The position numbers and the translations under genes are program-made. 20,408 nt of DNA from a virus (Duplodnaviria > Heunggongvirae > Uroviricota > Caudoviricetes): IMG/VR virus record IMGVR_UViG_3300029181_000143. One strand, 5' to 3'. Shown here piece after piece: positions 1-7,886 of this stretch (positions are counted from its first letter, which is position 1; every line of letters starts with the position of its first letter). Under the pieces are notes generated by a model. It saw only the letters and a program-made list of their open reading frames with translations. It was not told the origin of the DNA and searched no databases.

Positions 1-1
1 A

Positions 2-1296
2 TTAATTTTTCATTGCTTCGTTATGGGGCATGGTTGGGGCAAACTCGCTTAACTGTGTATTTAACAAAGCTACCTGTGCATTATTGTTTTCAGACATCCA
101 TTTTCCGTATACCTGAAATACCATTTGCGCATCTGCATGGCCCATCTGGTTTGCTATAAATGCCGGATTAGCACCAGCTGTCAGCGACCAGCAGGCATAA
201 GTATGTCTCGACTGATATGATTTTCGATGGCGGAGTCCGGCACTTTTATCGCTGCGTCCCACATCTGCCTTATTGAGTCAACGGTAAAATGGTCACCATA
301 ATTTTTTACTCTCGCTGACACTTCAGGTTGAAAAACAAAGGTGCATTTATGTTTTTCTGTTCTGCCATACTCTCTGAGGTGAACATCAATGATATGCTCT
401 TTGCTCAGTCTCGTTAATGTCATCTGACTCCGGAGAGCGTCGATTGCTGGCTTAATAAGATGAATGACCCGATTGGTTCCCGCCTGTGTTTTTGGTACCG
501 TGAAACGGTCTTTTGCTAAATTTCTCCTGATCATCATTGTTCCATTTTTCAGATCTATGTCCTCCCATCCAAGTGCACACAGCTCACCAGGGCGAACGCC
601 AGTATAAACAGAAACACACCATAAATTTTTGGCTTGCTGATTTCTGCACGCATCGATAAGACGGATGAATTCCTCCCGCGAAAGAGGATCCGGAATGGTT
701 CTTGATTCCTTTAATGGCGAGATCCCCTTAAACGGGTTATCTGCCAGGTAACCGTTATCAACACCAAACTGGAACACGGCGTTAAGATTTGTCATGTAAT
801 TATTTACAGTTACAGCCGATCTCCCTGGTTGTGTAACAATATAGTTACTTTTGGGGATCTGGTATCCAGTCAGTAGCTCTTTACGAACCTCCAGTAATTT
901 TTCTTTATTAATCGATGAGGCAAGATTTTTTTCACCGATTATGCTCAGGATATTTTTGATGACGGCACGGTATGTGTTGAGTGATGTTTTTGCGACTTCA
1001 GTTTCTTTCAGTGCCAGAAATTTTTCAGCCAGTTCTTTTATGGTTAAATCTTGTCGAGTCTCACCAAATTTTTCCAGATTGCGTGAGGAGGGAAACTGTT
1101 TTGCATAGTCGAAAACACCAGTTTTTATTGCGTAACAAACAGAGGCGCGTAGCTCACCTGCAACGCGCCTGTTTTTTGCTGTGTCAGGAACCCCCAGGTT
1201 TTCCCTGACTCTTACGCCTTTATAAACAAACCAGATACGTAATTTCCCTCCATGGTTTTCCACGCCTGTCGGATATTTCATTTCAACTTCTCTCAT
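2..1296 (-). pseudogene. intQ: Phage tyrosine integrase split into two reading frames: N-terminal ORF 181..1296 (371 aa) and C-terminal catalytic ORF 2..262 (86 aa), overlapping at 181..262
   Basis: The C-terminal ORF carries the tyrosine-recombinase box II (LRHRKSYQSRHTYACW...GH...VYGKW) with the catalytic Tyr. The N-terminal ORF has the core-binding and catalytic-domain upstream part (TGVRPGEL, NRVIHL). The two frames switch near a T4 run at 244..247. The gene ends at the window edge (stop at 2..4), so the att site lies outside. Confidence 0.75.
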
Positions 1297-1315
1297 TAGT
1301 TAGTGTGGCTTTTAG

Positions 1316-1567
1316 TCAAGTAAGATGACGTCTTGGTCTTGCTGATGCCTGGCGCTCAATCCAGCGATCAATTTCTTCCAGGTTGTAAAAGCATGGACTG
1401 TTATCCCATGGCATACCGTCATGAGCGACATGCTTATATTCCCTTCCTTCCATAAACGATTTTTCCCGGGCCTTTTTTAACGTACCTTTTTTTATTCCTT
1501 TCAGCGCAATTAACTGCTCTTCGGATACCCATTTGCCGGGAGAGACAATCATGATTACTTCGCTCAT
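1316..1567 (-). CDS. Excisionase-like (Xis/DUF1233-type) small DNA-binding protein
   Basis: An 83-aa ORF immediately upstream of int on the same strand, with an IVSPGKWVSEEQL...WIERQ signature recalled from Rac/Qin-type excisionase-like proteins. Confidence 0.6.
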   Translation of the reverse strand: MSEVIMIVSPGKWVSEEQLIALKGIKKGTLKKAREKSFMEGREYKHVAHDGMPWDNSPCFYNLEEIDRWIERQASARPRRHLT

Positions 1568-1639
1568 CGATTTCTTTATCTCTTACATCAGACGAGCGCC
1601 GGTTGCAGAATACCAGTCACAACCGGCGACAGTTGAACA

Positions 1640-4111
1640 TTAAGAATCAGCCTGACTCGGGATCAGTTTTTGCCAGATAACTGAAACGTATTTTGCCTGG
1701 TAACGGGCGTCATCAAGTGCATTATGGCGCTCACCTTCGAATGGAATAGCCGTTCTGGCATCGAAGTCTATGGCTTTCCCCAGCTCAACGATTGTGCGTA
1801 CATCGCGATCGTTGTAGTAACGCCACGGGCAGGGGATCCCCTGCCGTTCGTATGAACGGCGCAAAATCGTGTTGTCGAAGTTGGCTCCATTTCCCCAAAC
1901 CTGAACAAAAAATTCACCGGAGTTTTCGTCGATAAATTCCCGCAATTGTAACAGTGCATCATCTAACGGGATTTCATCGGTCATAATGGCCGATTGCGCT
2001 TCGCGTGATTGCTTAAGCCACCATTTAATGGTGTCCCGATCAATGACTCCGCCAGCAGTTTCCAGATCGATAGTCTTACTAAATTCCGGTCCCATATCTC
2101 CGGTTTGCGGATCGAAAAATATTGCACCTATTGAGATGATCGGGGCATCAGGATTTTTTCCCATGGTTTCAAGGTCGATCATTAGATGGTCACACGTCCT
2201 GCTGGTGGATGTGATTTCGTGATGACCGTTCACCTTAATTGAGTGATCTGCCGTCTCGCCAGTTTCATTATCGCTATCGTGATGCTGATTGCCGCCAGCG
2301 TTCTCCTTGTGTGGATGTTCAGCGCCTTCCATTTCCTCCGGATCATCTTCCTGAACTTCAACCTGATACTCTTCATCGAATGTTTCTTGGTATGTTGCGT
2401 CGCCCATCACCGCGCCACAATCAGGGCAGTTGCCGCCGCCGGTCTGACCGCAGGCGGTGCAGACTTTTTCCACTTCCTGTTGCGCCACTGATTCAGGCTG
2501 TTTCGTTTCTGGCTCGTTTTGTAACGCATTTGGGCTGTTTTGTTCCGCTTTTTGGTAGTTCCGTTCCGATTCATGCTGGTTCTGGTTCACAGAATCGCGG
2601 GTCTGGATCCCCTTAACCCATTTCGGATCATTCGGGTCACTAATCCCTTCAACAAATTCACCACGTGATGCAGCAAGCAACTTATCGGCGTCAGGCTGGC
2701 TGATATTGGCTGCCTGCATAATTTTGTTTACTTCGTCAGCGGTAACTTTTATCGGCTCTGGTTGTTCTGAATCTTCAGCGGTATCTACATTTTGCGGTAA
2801 GCCCGTGTATGTGCCATTTTTTCGGGCAAAATATTCTTCTTTTGTGATTTCAGTGGCGCCAGCAGCCAGTGCCTTATCCAGACCAGAAAGTTTGTTTGCG
2901 CGACCGTATTTTTCTCCGTCCTTATCTGCGAAGAGGAAATAGAACGGCCCCTCACGCTCTACAGATGGTTCAGCTTCCGGTGCGGTTTCATTTTTTGGGA
3001 TATCAGATACCTCAGTTTCCACTGCATCAGTTTGTGTTTCTGATGACTTGAGAACATCAACAGTGCCCAGGTCTGTTTCTTCATTCTCAAACACGCCCTT
3101 TGTCGTCAGGTATTCGCAGATATATTTGTTCAGTGCTACGGGATCTTTGTGAATGTCGATCGGACGCTCACGGACAAGGCCAAAAATAGTTTGGCGGTCG
3201 TAGCGAAGGGCATCAGGCTGTTTGCGTATTGATGCCGAGATACGCTTCCAGTCTTCGCGGTCGTTGTCGATAACTTCATTTTTTGCCCAGCGATGGATGC
3301 TGCTGTCAATGTTTCCGGCATCCACATCACCAGGCCAGAGAGCGTAGGCCAGTTCGTCATCCAGTGTTTTCCATGTCTGCTTGTATTCGCGATGAATGGC
3401 AGCAATGACCGGGCTGATTTTTCCTGTTGAATTTTCAGTGTACTGTTGATTGGCTCTGGCGCGGGCGAGATCAACAACAGACGTGTATTTTCCGGTTTCC
3501 TTGCGTTCACCTTCGCGACGTTTTTTCCAGATGCGCATCTCTGCCTGAATTTCGGGCCATTTAGCACCAGGAATACATTTATGCTTAACCCACCCAATGG
3601 CGTGCAACTTAAGCTCCGGATACATGGCGTTAACTTCTGGCATTTTCATCAACGCTTCAACGATATGTCCGTTGAATGTTGCCATGTCTTCCTGCAACAA
3701 TTCCTGTGCGCTAATAACCATATCAACGGTGATGTTTTCACATGTGTCGAACTTAACCATGACAGCGTTCTGTACTTCAGGGGCCAGCTTGTCAAAAGTG
3801 ACGTTCATCGGATCGGATTCAGTCTCAACCGGGACAAAAGAAGCAGACTCCTCATCCCAGCGGTTTTCCTGCATATATTCAGCATCCCATGAATCGAGGG
3901 CAGGGCGGGGTATACCAGGTTTATCCTCGCAGACAATAAATTTATAAGCGCAGTCCTGAGCAGCCGGATAATGTTCCAGGAATTGCCAGTGAAATTTTGC
4001 TCGAGCACGGCGTTCGTCGCCAGCTTCAATGGCTGTGGCTACAGCCACAGCGCCTTCTTCCCTTGTTGCCAGTTCGTCAGGAATAGCGGCGCAAATAAAG
4101 ACTTTACTCAT
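1640..4111 (-). CDS. 823-aa putative exonuclease: RecE-like N-terminal and central region with a C-terminal DnaQ-like DEDDh 3'-5' exonuclease domain
   Basis: Long intact ORF with a GAGG Shine-Dalgarno. The C-terminus carries Exo I (MIDLETMG), Exo II (VWGNGANFDNT) and Exo III (HNALDDARYQ) motifs. A central CxxC-x7-CxxC (CTACGQTGGGNCPDCG) and acidic linkers are present. The N-terminal segment matches what I recall of YdfE/RecE-family proteins. Confidence 0.8.
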   Translation of the reverse strand: MSKVFICAAIPDELATREEGAVAVATAIEAGDERRARAKFHWQFLEHYPAAQDCAYKFIVCEDKPGIPRPALDSWDAEYMQENRWDEESASFVPVETESDPMNVTFDKLAPEVQNAVMVKFDTCENITVDMVISAQELLQEDMATFNGHIVEALMKMPEVNAMYPELKLHAIGWVKHKCIPGAKWPEIQAEMRIWKKRREGERKETGKYTSVVDLARARANQQYTENSTGKISPVIAAIHREYKQTWKTLDDELAYALWPGDVDAGNIDSSIHRWAKNEVIDNDREDWKRISASIRKQPDALRYDRQTIFGLVRERPIDIHKDPVALNKYICEYLTTKGVFENEETDLGTVDVLKSSETQTDAVETEVSDIPKNETAPEAEPSVEREGPFYFLFADKDGEKYGRANKLSGLDKALAAGATEITKEEYFARKNGTYTGLPQNVDTAEDSEQPEPIKVTADEVNKIMQAANISQPDADKLLAASRGEFVEGISDPNDPKWVKGIQTRDSVNQNQHESERNYQKAEQNSPNALQNEPETKQPESVAQQEVEKVCTACGQTGGGNCPDCGAVMGDATYQETFDEEYQVEVQEDDPEEMEGAEHPHKENAGGNQHHDSDNETGETADHSIKVNGHHEITSTSRTCDHLMIDLETMGKNPDAPIISIGAIFFDPQTGDMGPEFSKTIDLETAGGVIDRDTIKWWLKQSREAQSAIMTDEIPLDDALLQLREFIDENSGEFFVQVWGNGANFDNTILRRSYERQGIPCPWRYYNDRDVRTIVELGKAIDFDARTAIPFEGERHNALDDARYQAKYVSVIWQKLIPSQADS

Positions 4112-4204
4112 TTTGTTTTAACCTCATGACAGATTTAAGGATGAACAAATCCCTGCCATTGCTGGCATATAAGAATGAAACCGGATATTTATTACGGAAC
4201 TGTT

Positions 4205-4405
4205 TTAAAGACCTGCCGGGATTTCGATATTATCCTGGTGAATAACTTTATCGACCGGGTAACAGTTACCGGGAATTTTCTGTTCGGTTGCTGCAGTCAT
4301 ACACTCCTGCATTGTCCTGTGAACACTGACTGCAATATCAACTGGCACTCCGGAAACAAGAAAAACTGTCAGAACAAGCGCAAATGCTGAATTTATTGTG
4401 CACAT
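4205..4405 (-). CDS. ydfD: YdfD-like small lysis/membrane protein (66 aa)
   Basis: Translation MCTINSAFALVLTVFLVSGVPVDIAVSV... has a hydrophobic N-terminus. It sits directly downstream of dicB as in Qin. The start is taken at the internal Met of the 81-aa ORF. Confidence 0.65.
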   Translation of the reverse strand: MCTINSAFALVLTVFLVSGVPVDIAVSVHRTMQECMTAATEQKIPGNCYPVDKVIHQDNIEIPAGL

Positions 4406-4581
4406 CCTTTTGGCATCAGACGTAAACGAGCCAGCATTGAAACAATGCATATTTTATTTAATAGCTCCCGTTCTTGTTTTCTCTTGTTAATGGCATCTTC
4501 AGTAAATACAGGGTTACTGATAGTGACACCAATTTCAAAACAACCTTCAGACGTATTAACGTTTGGTAATAACGTTTTCAT
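4393..4581 (-). CDS. dicB: Cell division inhibitor DicB (62 aa)
   Basis: Translation MKTLLPNVNTSEGCFEIGVTISNPVFTEDAINKRKQERELLNKICIVSMLARLRLMPKGCAQ matches recalled DicB. It lies downstream of dicF. Confidence 0.85.
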   Translation of the reverse strand: MKTLLPNVNTSEGCFEIGVTISNPVFTEDAINKRKQERELLNKICIVSMLARLRLMPKGCAQ

Positions 4582-4750
4582 TATCGCGCCCTCAACAATG
4601 AGTTTTGTGATGCGGTGCCTGGTGCCTCCAGGTGACGTTAACCAGTTAACAATTAACGCCGGATACAGAGAATCCACCCATAACACTGTTTTTGGTTTTA
4701 ACTGTTCCGCGTGCGCTCAGCCGCATTCACCACATCACAAAATTCACTTT

Positions 4751-4808
4751 AAAAAGGGCGGCAGAGCAGTCACGGAGTAAAACTGATACCGCCAAACGTC
4801 ACCAGAAA
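4751..4808 (-). ncRNA. dicF: DicF small regulatory RNA (53-nt processed form plus U-tail)
   Basis: The reverse complement reads TTTCTGGTGACGTTTGGCGGTATCAGTTTTACTCCGTGACTGCTCTGCCGCCCTTTTT, which is the recalled DicF sequence. It ends in a GC-rich hairpin (GGCGG...CCGCC) followed by a U-run. Confidence 0.85.
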
Positions 4809-5148
4809 ATTGATAACAGAGGGCGTTGCAGCGGGGTTGTCACTTAAGCGTATGGTCAACCTGACAACCCGGTGTCCTCAACGGGGAAGGAATAACCCCG
4901 CCATACTTACCGCCGCGCCATTTCGCGGGTTGCCACAACCGGAAGCGCACGGTCGACGAAAATTTAACGACAGGCTATCTATGAACCAGCTACCTCGCCG
5001 TGCGCTTTCGCGTTATGGTCTGACTTTTCAGGGAAATATCCTTTCAGTAAACTGTCAGTGCCGGATGCTCACCCGTGTCCGGCGCACGCACTCCACCTCA
5101 CCCGTGGAGAACTCCTTAATTACCAACCTTAGCTTCGTTGGTTAGCTA

Positions 5149-5367
5149 TTAACGCGGGTATGTAATCATTCTGGCAATGCTTAATGCCGCTGCTTTTTCC
5201 AGATTGGTGATATCCTGCTCCAGAGAGAACAGATTTTCAGCCTGCTTAGCCCTGGCTTCATTAGCCCATTTCAGATCCTGCGCTGCATTAATTTTCTGGT
5301 GCATCCACTCATAAAGTTCATCATCGGTATAGTCTGGCGCGATGATAACGGGTTCTCGTTTCTGCAT
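5149..5367 (-). CDS. ydfC: YdfC-like prophage protein (72 aa)
   Basis: Translation MQKREPVIIAPDYTDDELYEWMHQKINAAQDLKWANEARAKQ... and its position in the dicB operon between ydfB and dicF. Confidence 0.7.
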   Translation of the reverse strand: MQKREPVIIAPDYTDDELYEWMHQKINAAQDLKWANEARAKQAENLFSLEQDITNLEKAAALSIARMITYPR

Positions 5368-5396
5368 ACTGATTCCTTGCGGTGCTGTTTCGCTTA

Positions 5397-5525
5397 TCAG
5401 CCGTTAGATTTTGCCGAACTGGAAAGCGCCTGTTTAAATTCGCTGAAGCTGAGAGCTTCTTCGCCTTCGGCAAGGCCTTCGAAGTATTCTTCGTAAGCCT
5501 TTTCCATGATTGTGTCGAAATCCAT
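5397..5525 (-). CDS. ydfB: YdfB-like small protein (42 aa)
   Basis: Hand-translated minus-strand ORF MDFDTIMEKAYEEYFEGLAEGEEALSFSEFKQALSSSAKSNG, absent from the ORF track because it is under 60 aa. It starts 2 nt after the ydfA stop. Confidence 0.75.
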   Translation of the reverse strand: MDFDTIMEKAYEEYFEGLAEGEEALSFSEFKQALSSSAKSNG

Positions 5526-5526
5526 A

Positions 5527-5682
5527 TCACCCACCTGAATTTCTTTCCAGCCAGCGACGCGCTCCAGATTCGGTTTTAAACGTTTTGCTTTTGGTATACG
5601 TCATTGCGGTGAACGTGCCGTCCTGGTTTGGAAACACGCCGTACACCAGAGATTCGTTGTTGCCAAGATCGATAGTATCCAT
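5527..5682 (-). CDS. ydfA: YdfA-like small protein (51 aa, DUF1391-type)
   Basis: Translation MDTIDLGNNESLVYGVFPNQDGTFTAMTYTKSKTFKTESGARRWLERNSGG. It is the first gene of the dicB operon downstream of dicA. Confidence 0.75.
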   Translation of the reverse strand: MDTIDLGNNESLVYGVFPNQDGTFTAMTYTKSKTFKTESGARRWLERNSGG

Positions 5683-5796
5683 GCTGACCTCATTTCCCCT
5701 TAACGCCGGGGTAGCGGAACTGTTTGCTGAGAACACCGTGCGGTGTCTTGATGGAAAATAATTTAGAATAACCTAACATGAGAGGCAAGTGTTTTT

Positions 5797-5814
5797 TGTT
5801 AGATTGATCTAACA
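5797..5814. promoter_or_regulatory. Palindromic operator TGTTAGA-N4-TCTAACA (putative DicA site controlling the dicB operon promoter)
   Basis: A perfect inverted repeat, ttgttagattgatctaacaa, lies between the dicA 3' end and ydfA. A second copy with the same half-sites is in the dicA-dicC intergenic region, and an extra half-site cctaaca is at 5772..5778. Confidence 0.5.
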
Positions 5815-5850
5815 AAAAGGGTGGGCGCAACTAATCACTTGAAAAGAATG

Positions 5851-6258
5851 TTATTTTATTGATTTATTTTTACGCGCTTTAAGCATTTCTTCGAAGAGTT
5901 TGTTGAAGTTTTCTACTCTTGCGCGCATTTCAGACAGCAAGGCTTCCTGCTCGGAAGATGGAAGAGCATCGAATAATTCGATCAATTCTTTGTGGTTGGG
6001 AGTTAGCTCTGTTTCCACATGAAGTTCTTGTGCAGGCACTGGTGCCTTGTCTTCGTCACCAAACATTAGCCATGTAGGTGAGCACTTCAGAGCATCCGCT
6101 AAAGCAAACAATCGTTTTCCGACTGGCTGGGTTTCGTCTCTTTCCCATTGTGAAATTGTGACGTGAGCAACTCCAGCGAGGCGCGCGGCTTCTCGTTGTG
6201 TTAAGCGTAATTCTTTTCGTCGCGCCAGAACTCGCTGGCCCAGGGTTCTTGTATCCAT
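5851..6258 (-). CDS. dicA: HTH XRE-family repressor, DicA-like (135 aa)
   Basis: N-terminal HTH (LGQRVLARRKELRLTQREAARLAGVAHVTISQWER). It is divergent from a Cro-like gene and upstream of the ydfA-ydfB-ydfC-dicF-dicB operon. Confidence 0.8.
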   Translation of the reverse strand: MDTRTLGQRVLARRKELRLTQREAARLAGVAHVTISQWERDETQPVGKRLFALADALKCSPTWLMFGDEDKAPVPAQELHVETELTPNHKELIELFDALPSSEQEALLSEMRARVENFNKLFEEMLKARKNKSIK

Positions 6259-6307
6259 AGTTAGGTAATTCTAATTTTTCTTGACTTAGGTATCCCGCGC
6301 ACAATAA

Positions 6308-6325
6308 TGTTAGAAAAGTCTAACA
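6308..6325. promoter_or_regulatory. Operator palindrome TGTTAGA-aaag-TCTAACA in the dicA/dicC divergent promoter region
   Basis: Inverted repeat with the same half-sites as the 5797..5814 palindrome, located between the divergent dicA and dicC starts. Confidence 0.5.
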
Positions 6326-6338
6326 AGAGGGGGATTTG

Positions 6339-6566
6339 ATGCTTAAAGTTGACGCAATTACTTTTTTTGGCAGCAAAACAAAGCTTGCCAATGCCGCAGG
6401 AGTGAGGCTGGCAAGTGTTGCTGCTTGGGGGATACTGGTTCCTGAAGGTCGCGCGATGCGTCTACAGGAGGCATCTGGCGGGGAGCTTCAGTATGATCCC
6501 AAAGTTTATGATGAATATCGTAAGACGAAGCGGGCGGGGCGGTTGAACAATGAAAATCACTCCTGA
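6339..6566 (+). CDS. dicC: Cro/YdaS-like small DNA-binding protein DicC (75 aa)
   Basis: Translation MLKVDAITFFGSKTKLANAAGVRLASVAAWG...RAMRLQEASGGELQYD. It is divergent from dicA, with an AGAGGGGG Shine-Dalgarno 6 nt upstream of the ATG. Confidence 0.75.
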   Translation: MLKVDAITFFGSKTKLANAAGVRLASVAAWGILVPEGRAMRLQEASGGELQYDPKVYDEYRKTKRAGRLNNENHS

Positions 6567-6897
6567 ACAGGCTCGTGAGGCTCTGGATGCCTGGATATGT
6601 CGACCAGGAATGACACAGGAGCAGGCGACGATATTAATCACTGAAGCATTCTGGGCTTTGAAAGAGCGCCCGAACATCGATGTTCAGCGTGTCACAGATG
6701 AAGGTGGCGCGGTTGATCAGCGAGCGCTTGGTGTTAATCGAGTGAAGATATTCGAACGCTGGAAGGCTATCGACACCAGGGATAAGCGTGAAAAGTTCAC
6801 GGCGCTAGTGCCTGCGATTATGGAGGCTAAACATAATCTGTCGCGAGTGCCGGAAGAGCGAAGTTATGCAGCGCATACTGGCTTTCTATCAGGGTAA
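6550..6897 (+). CDS. Hypothetical protein in the cII position (YdaT/YdfX-like), 115 aa
   Basis: ORF whose start overlaps the dicC stop by 17 nt. Function is inferred from position only. Confidence 0.55.
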   Translation: MKITPEQAREALDAWICRPGMTQEQATILITEAFWALKERPNIDVQRVTDEGGAVDQRALGVNRVKIFERWKAIDTRDKREKFTALVPAIMEAKHNLSRVPEERSYAAHTGFLSG

Positions 6898-6915
6898 TTT
6901 TCAGGACGTGGCGCA

Positions 6916-7405
6916 GTGAGTGCACCGGCAACCATTCTTGATATGTGCTGTGGCAGCCGCATGTTCTGGTTCGATAAGTCTGACGAACGGGCGATATTTA
7001 GCGATATCAGAAAAGAAGGATACACATTACGCAATGGGAGACGCTTGATTATCAGCCCTGACATTATCGCAGATTTTCGTGCATTATCATTTGCAGACGC
7101 ATCTTTTTCGATGGTTGTATTAGACCCTCCGCATCTTGAGCGTGTTGGTGATAACGCCTGGATGGGAAAGAAATATGGACGGCTGAATAAAGATGCCTGG
7201 CGTGATGATTTGCGACAGAGATTTAAAGAAGCTTTTCGGGTGTTGAGGCCGCACGGCGTTCTGATTTTTTAATGGAATGAAACGCAAATACCGGTAAGCC
7301 AGATTCTGGCACTGACAGATAGAAAGCCTGTTATCTGTCAACGAACAGGGAAAAAACGATAAAACCCACTGGATTATTTTTATGAAAGAGGCATCCAGTG
7401 AGTAG
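6916..7405 (+). pseudogene. Small SAM-dependent methyltransferase (phage Dam-like; motif I LDMCCGS, motif IV DPPH) disrupted by an in-frame TAA and a +1 frameshift
   Basis: The 118-aa ORF ends at TAA 7270..7272. Protein-like sequence continues in frame (WNETQIPVSQILALTDRKPVICQRTGKK) and then in the +1 frame after an A6 run at 7351..7356 (DKTHWIIFMKEASSE, stop 7403..7405). Confidence 0.55.
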
Positions 7406-7534
7406 ATTCGTAAGGTTACAGATACGTATATCTGAATAATTAAATTCAGTTCTGTAAATAAAACTTAATCCTTAACCGGATGGATTTCTGCACCCTCAGA
7501 ACATCAGGAGGCCGCCCGAAAGGGCGGTAGTGAA

Positions 7535-7645
7535 ATGCGAAAGTTCAAAATTATTATTGAAACGGGAATAGCTGGTGGAGATTTTGAGGATGTATTCGAA
7601 GTGGACGATGACGCAACACCTGATGAAATTCATGACGGAGCATAA
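7535..7645 (+). CDS. Small acidic ORF (36 aa, MRKFKIIIETGIAGGDFEDVFEVDDDATPDEIHDGA)
   Basis: AGGAG Shine-Dalgarno at 7506..7510 is separated from the ATG by a GAAA-loop hairpin (7512..7527). Protein-like sequence continues after the TAA to 7717. Confidence 0.3.
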   Translation: MRKFKIIIETGIAGGDFEDVFEVDDDATPDEIHDGA

Positions 7646-7694
7646 GAAATTTTCTTTAACTACTGCAATTACTCATACCACGAAATAAAAGACG

Positions 7695-7886
7695 ATGAGG
7701 AAGAACAAAGTGGCTGATTTTTGTTCAGCTAAATATAACATCAGTTTTGAAGAGCGGGATGAACTATTAATGGACTATGGTGAGTTACGCGGTGGAAGTG
7801 CTGCTGATGTCGAATCCTAGCGTGATGACTATGAAGCGGGAAAAACTCCGGTCGAAGCATATTGTGATGAGTGGGGCGATGAATGA
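7695..7886 (+). pseudogene. Small ORF with an in-frame amber codon at 7818..7820 (41 aa before the stop, 63 codons if read through)
   Basis: Hand translation MRKNKVADFCSAKYNISFEERDELLMDYGELRGGSAADVES*RDDYEAGKTPVEAYCDEWGDE. Its stop overlaps the next ATG in an ATGA arrangement. Confidence 0.3.

Noticed and set aside
1768-4029. Multiple 60-150 aa ORFs on both strands inside the exonuclease gene (for example 1986..2222, 2239..2616, 3136..3597, 3446..3892).
   Set aside because: They lie entirely within a long, motif-supported CDS, have no ribosome-binding sites and show biased, low-complexity translations. They are alternative-frame shadows.
4810-5145. A 111-aa plus-strand ORF between dicF and ydfC.
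   Set aside because: It has no Shine-Dalgarno and an Arg/Pro-rich, GC-skewed translation. It lies antisense to the untranslated dicF precursor spacer.
5321-5579. ORFs 5321..5530 (minus) and 5382..5579 (plus).
   Set aside because: They overlap the recognisable 42-aa ydfB frame and have Arg-rich, low-complexity translations.
6462-7341. Minus-strand ORFs 6462..6677, 6864..7064 and 7120..7341.
   Set aside because: They are antisense to dicC, the 115-aa gene and the methyltransferase, with no start context.
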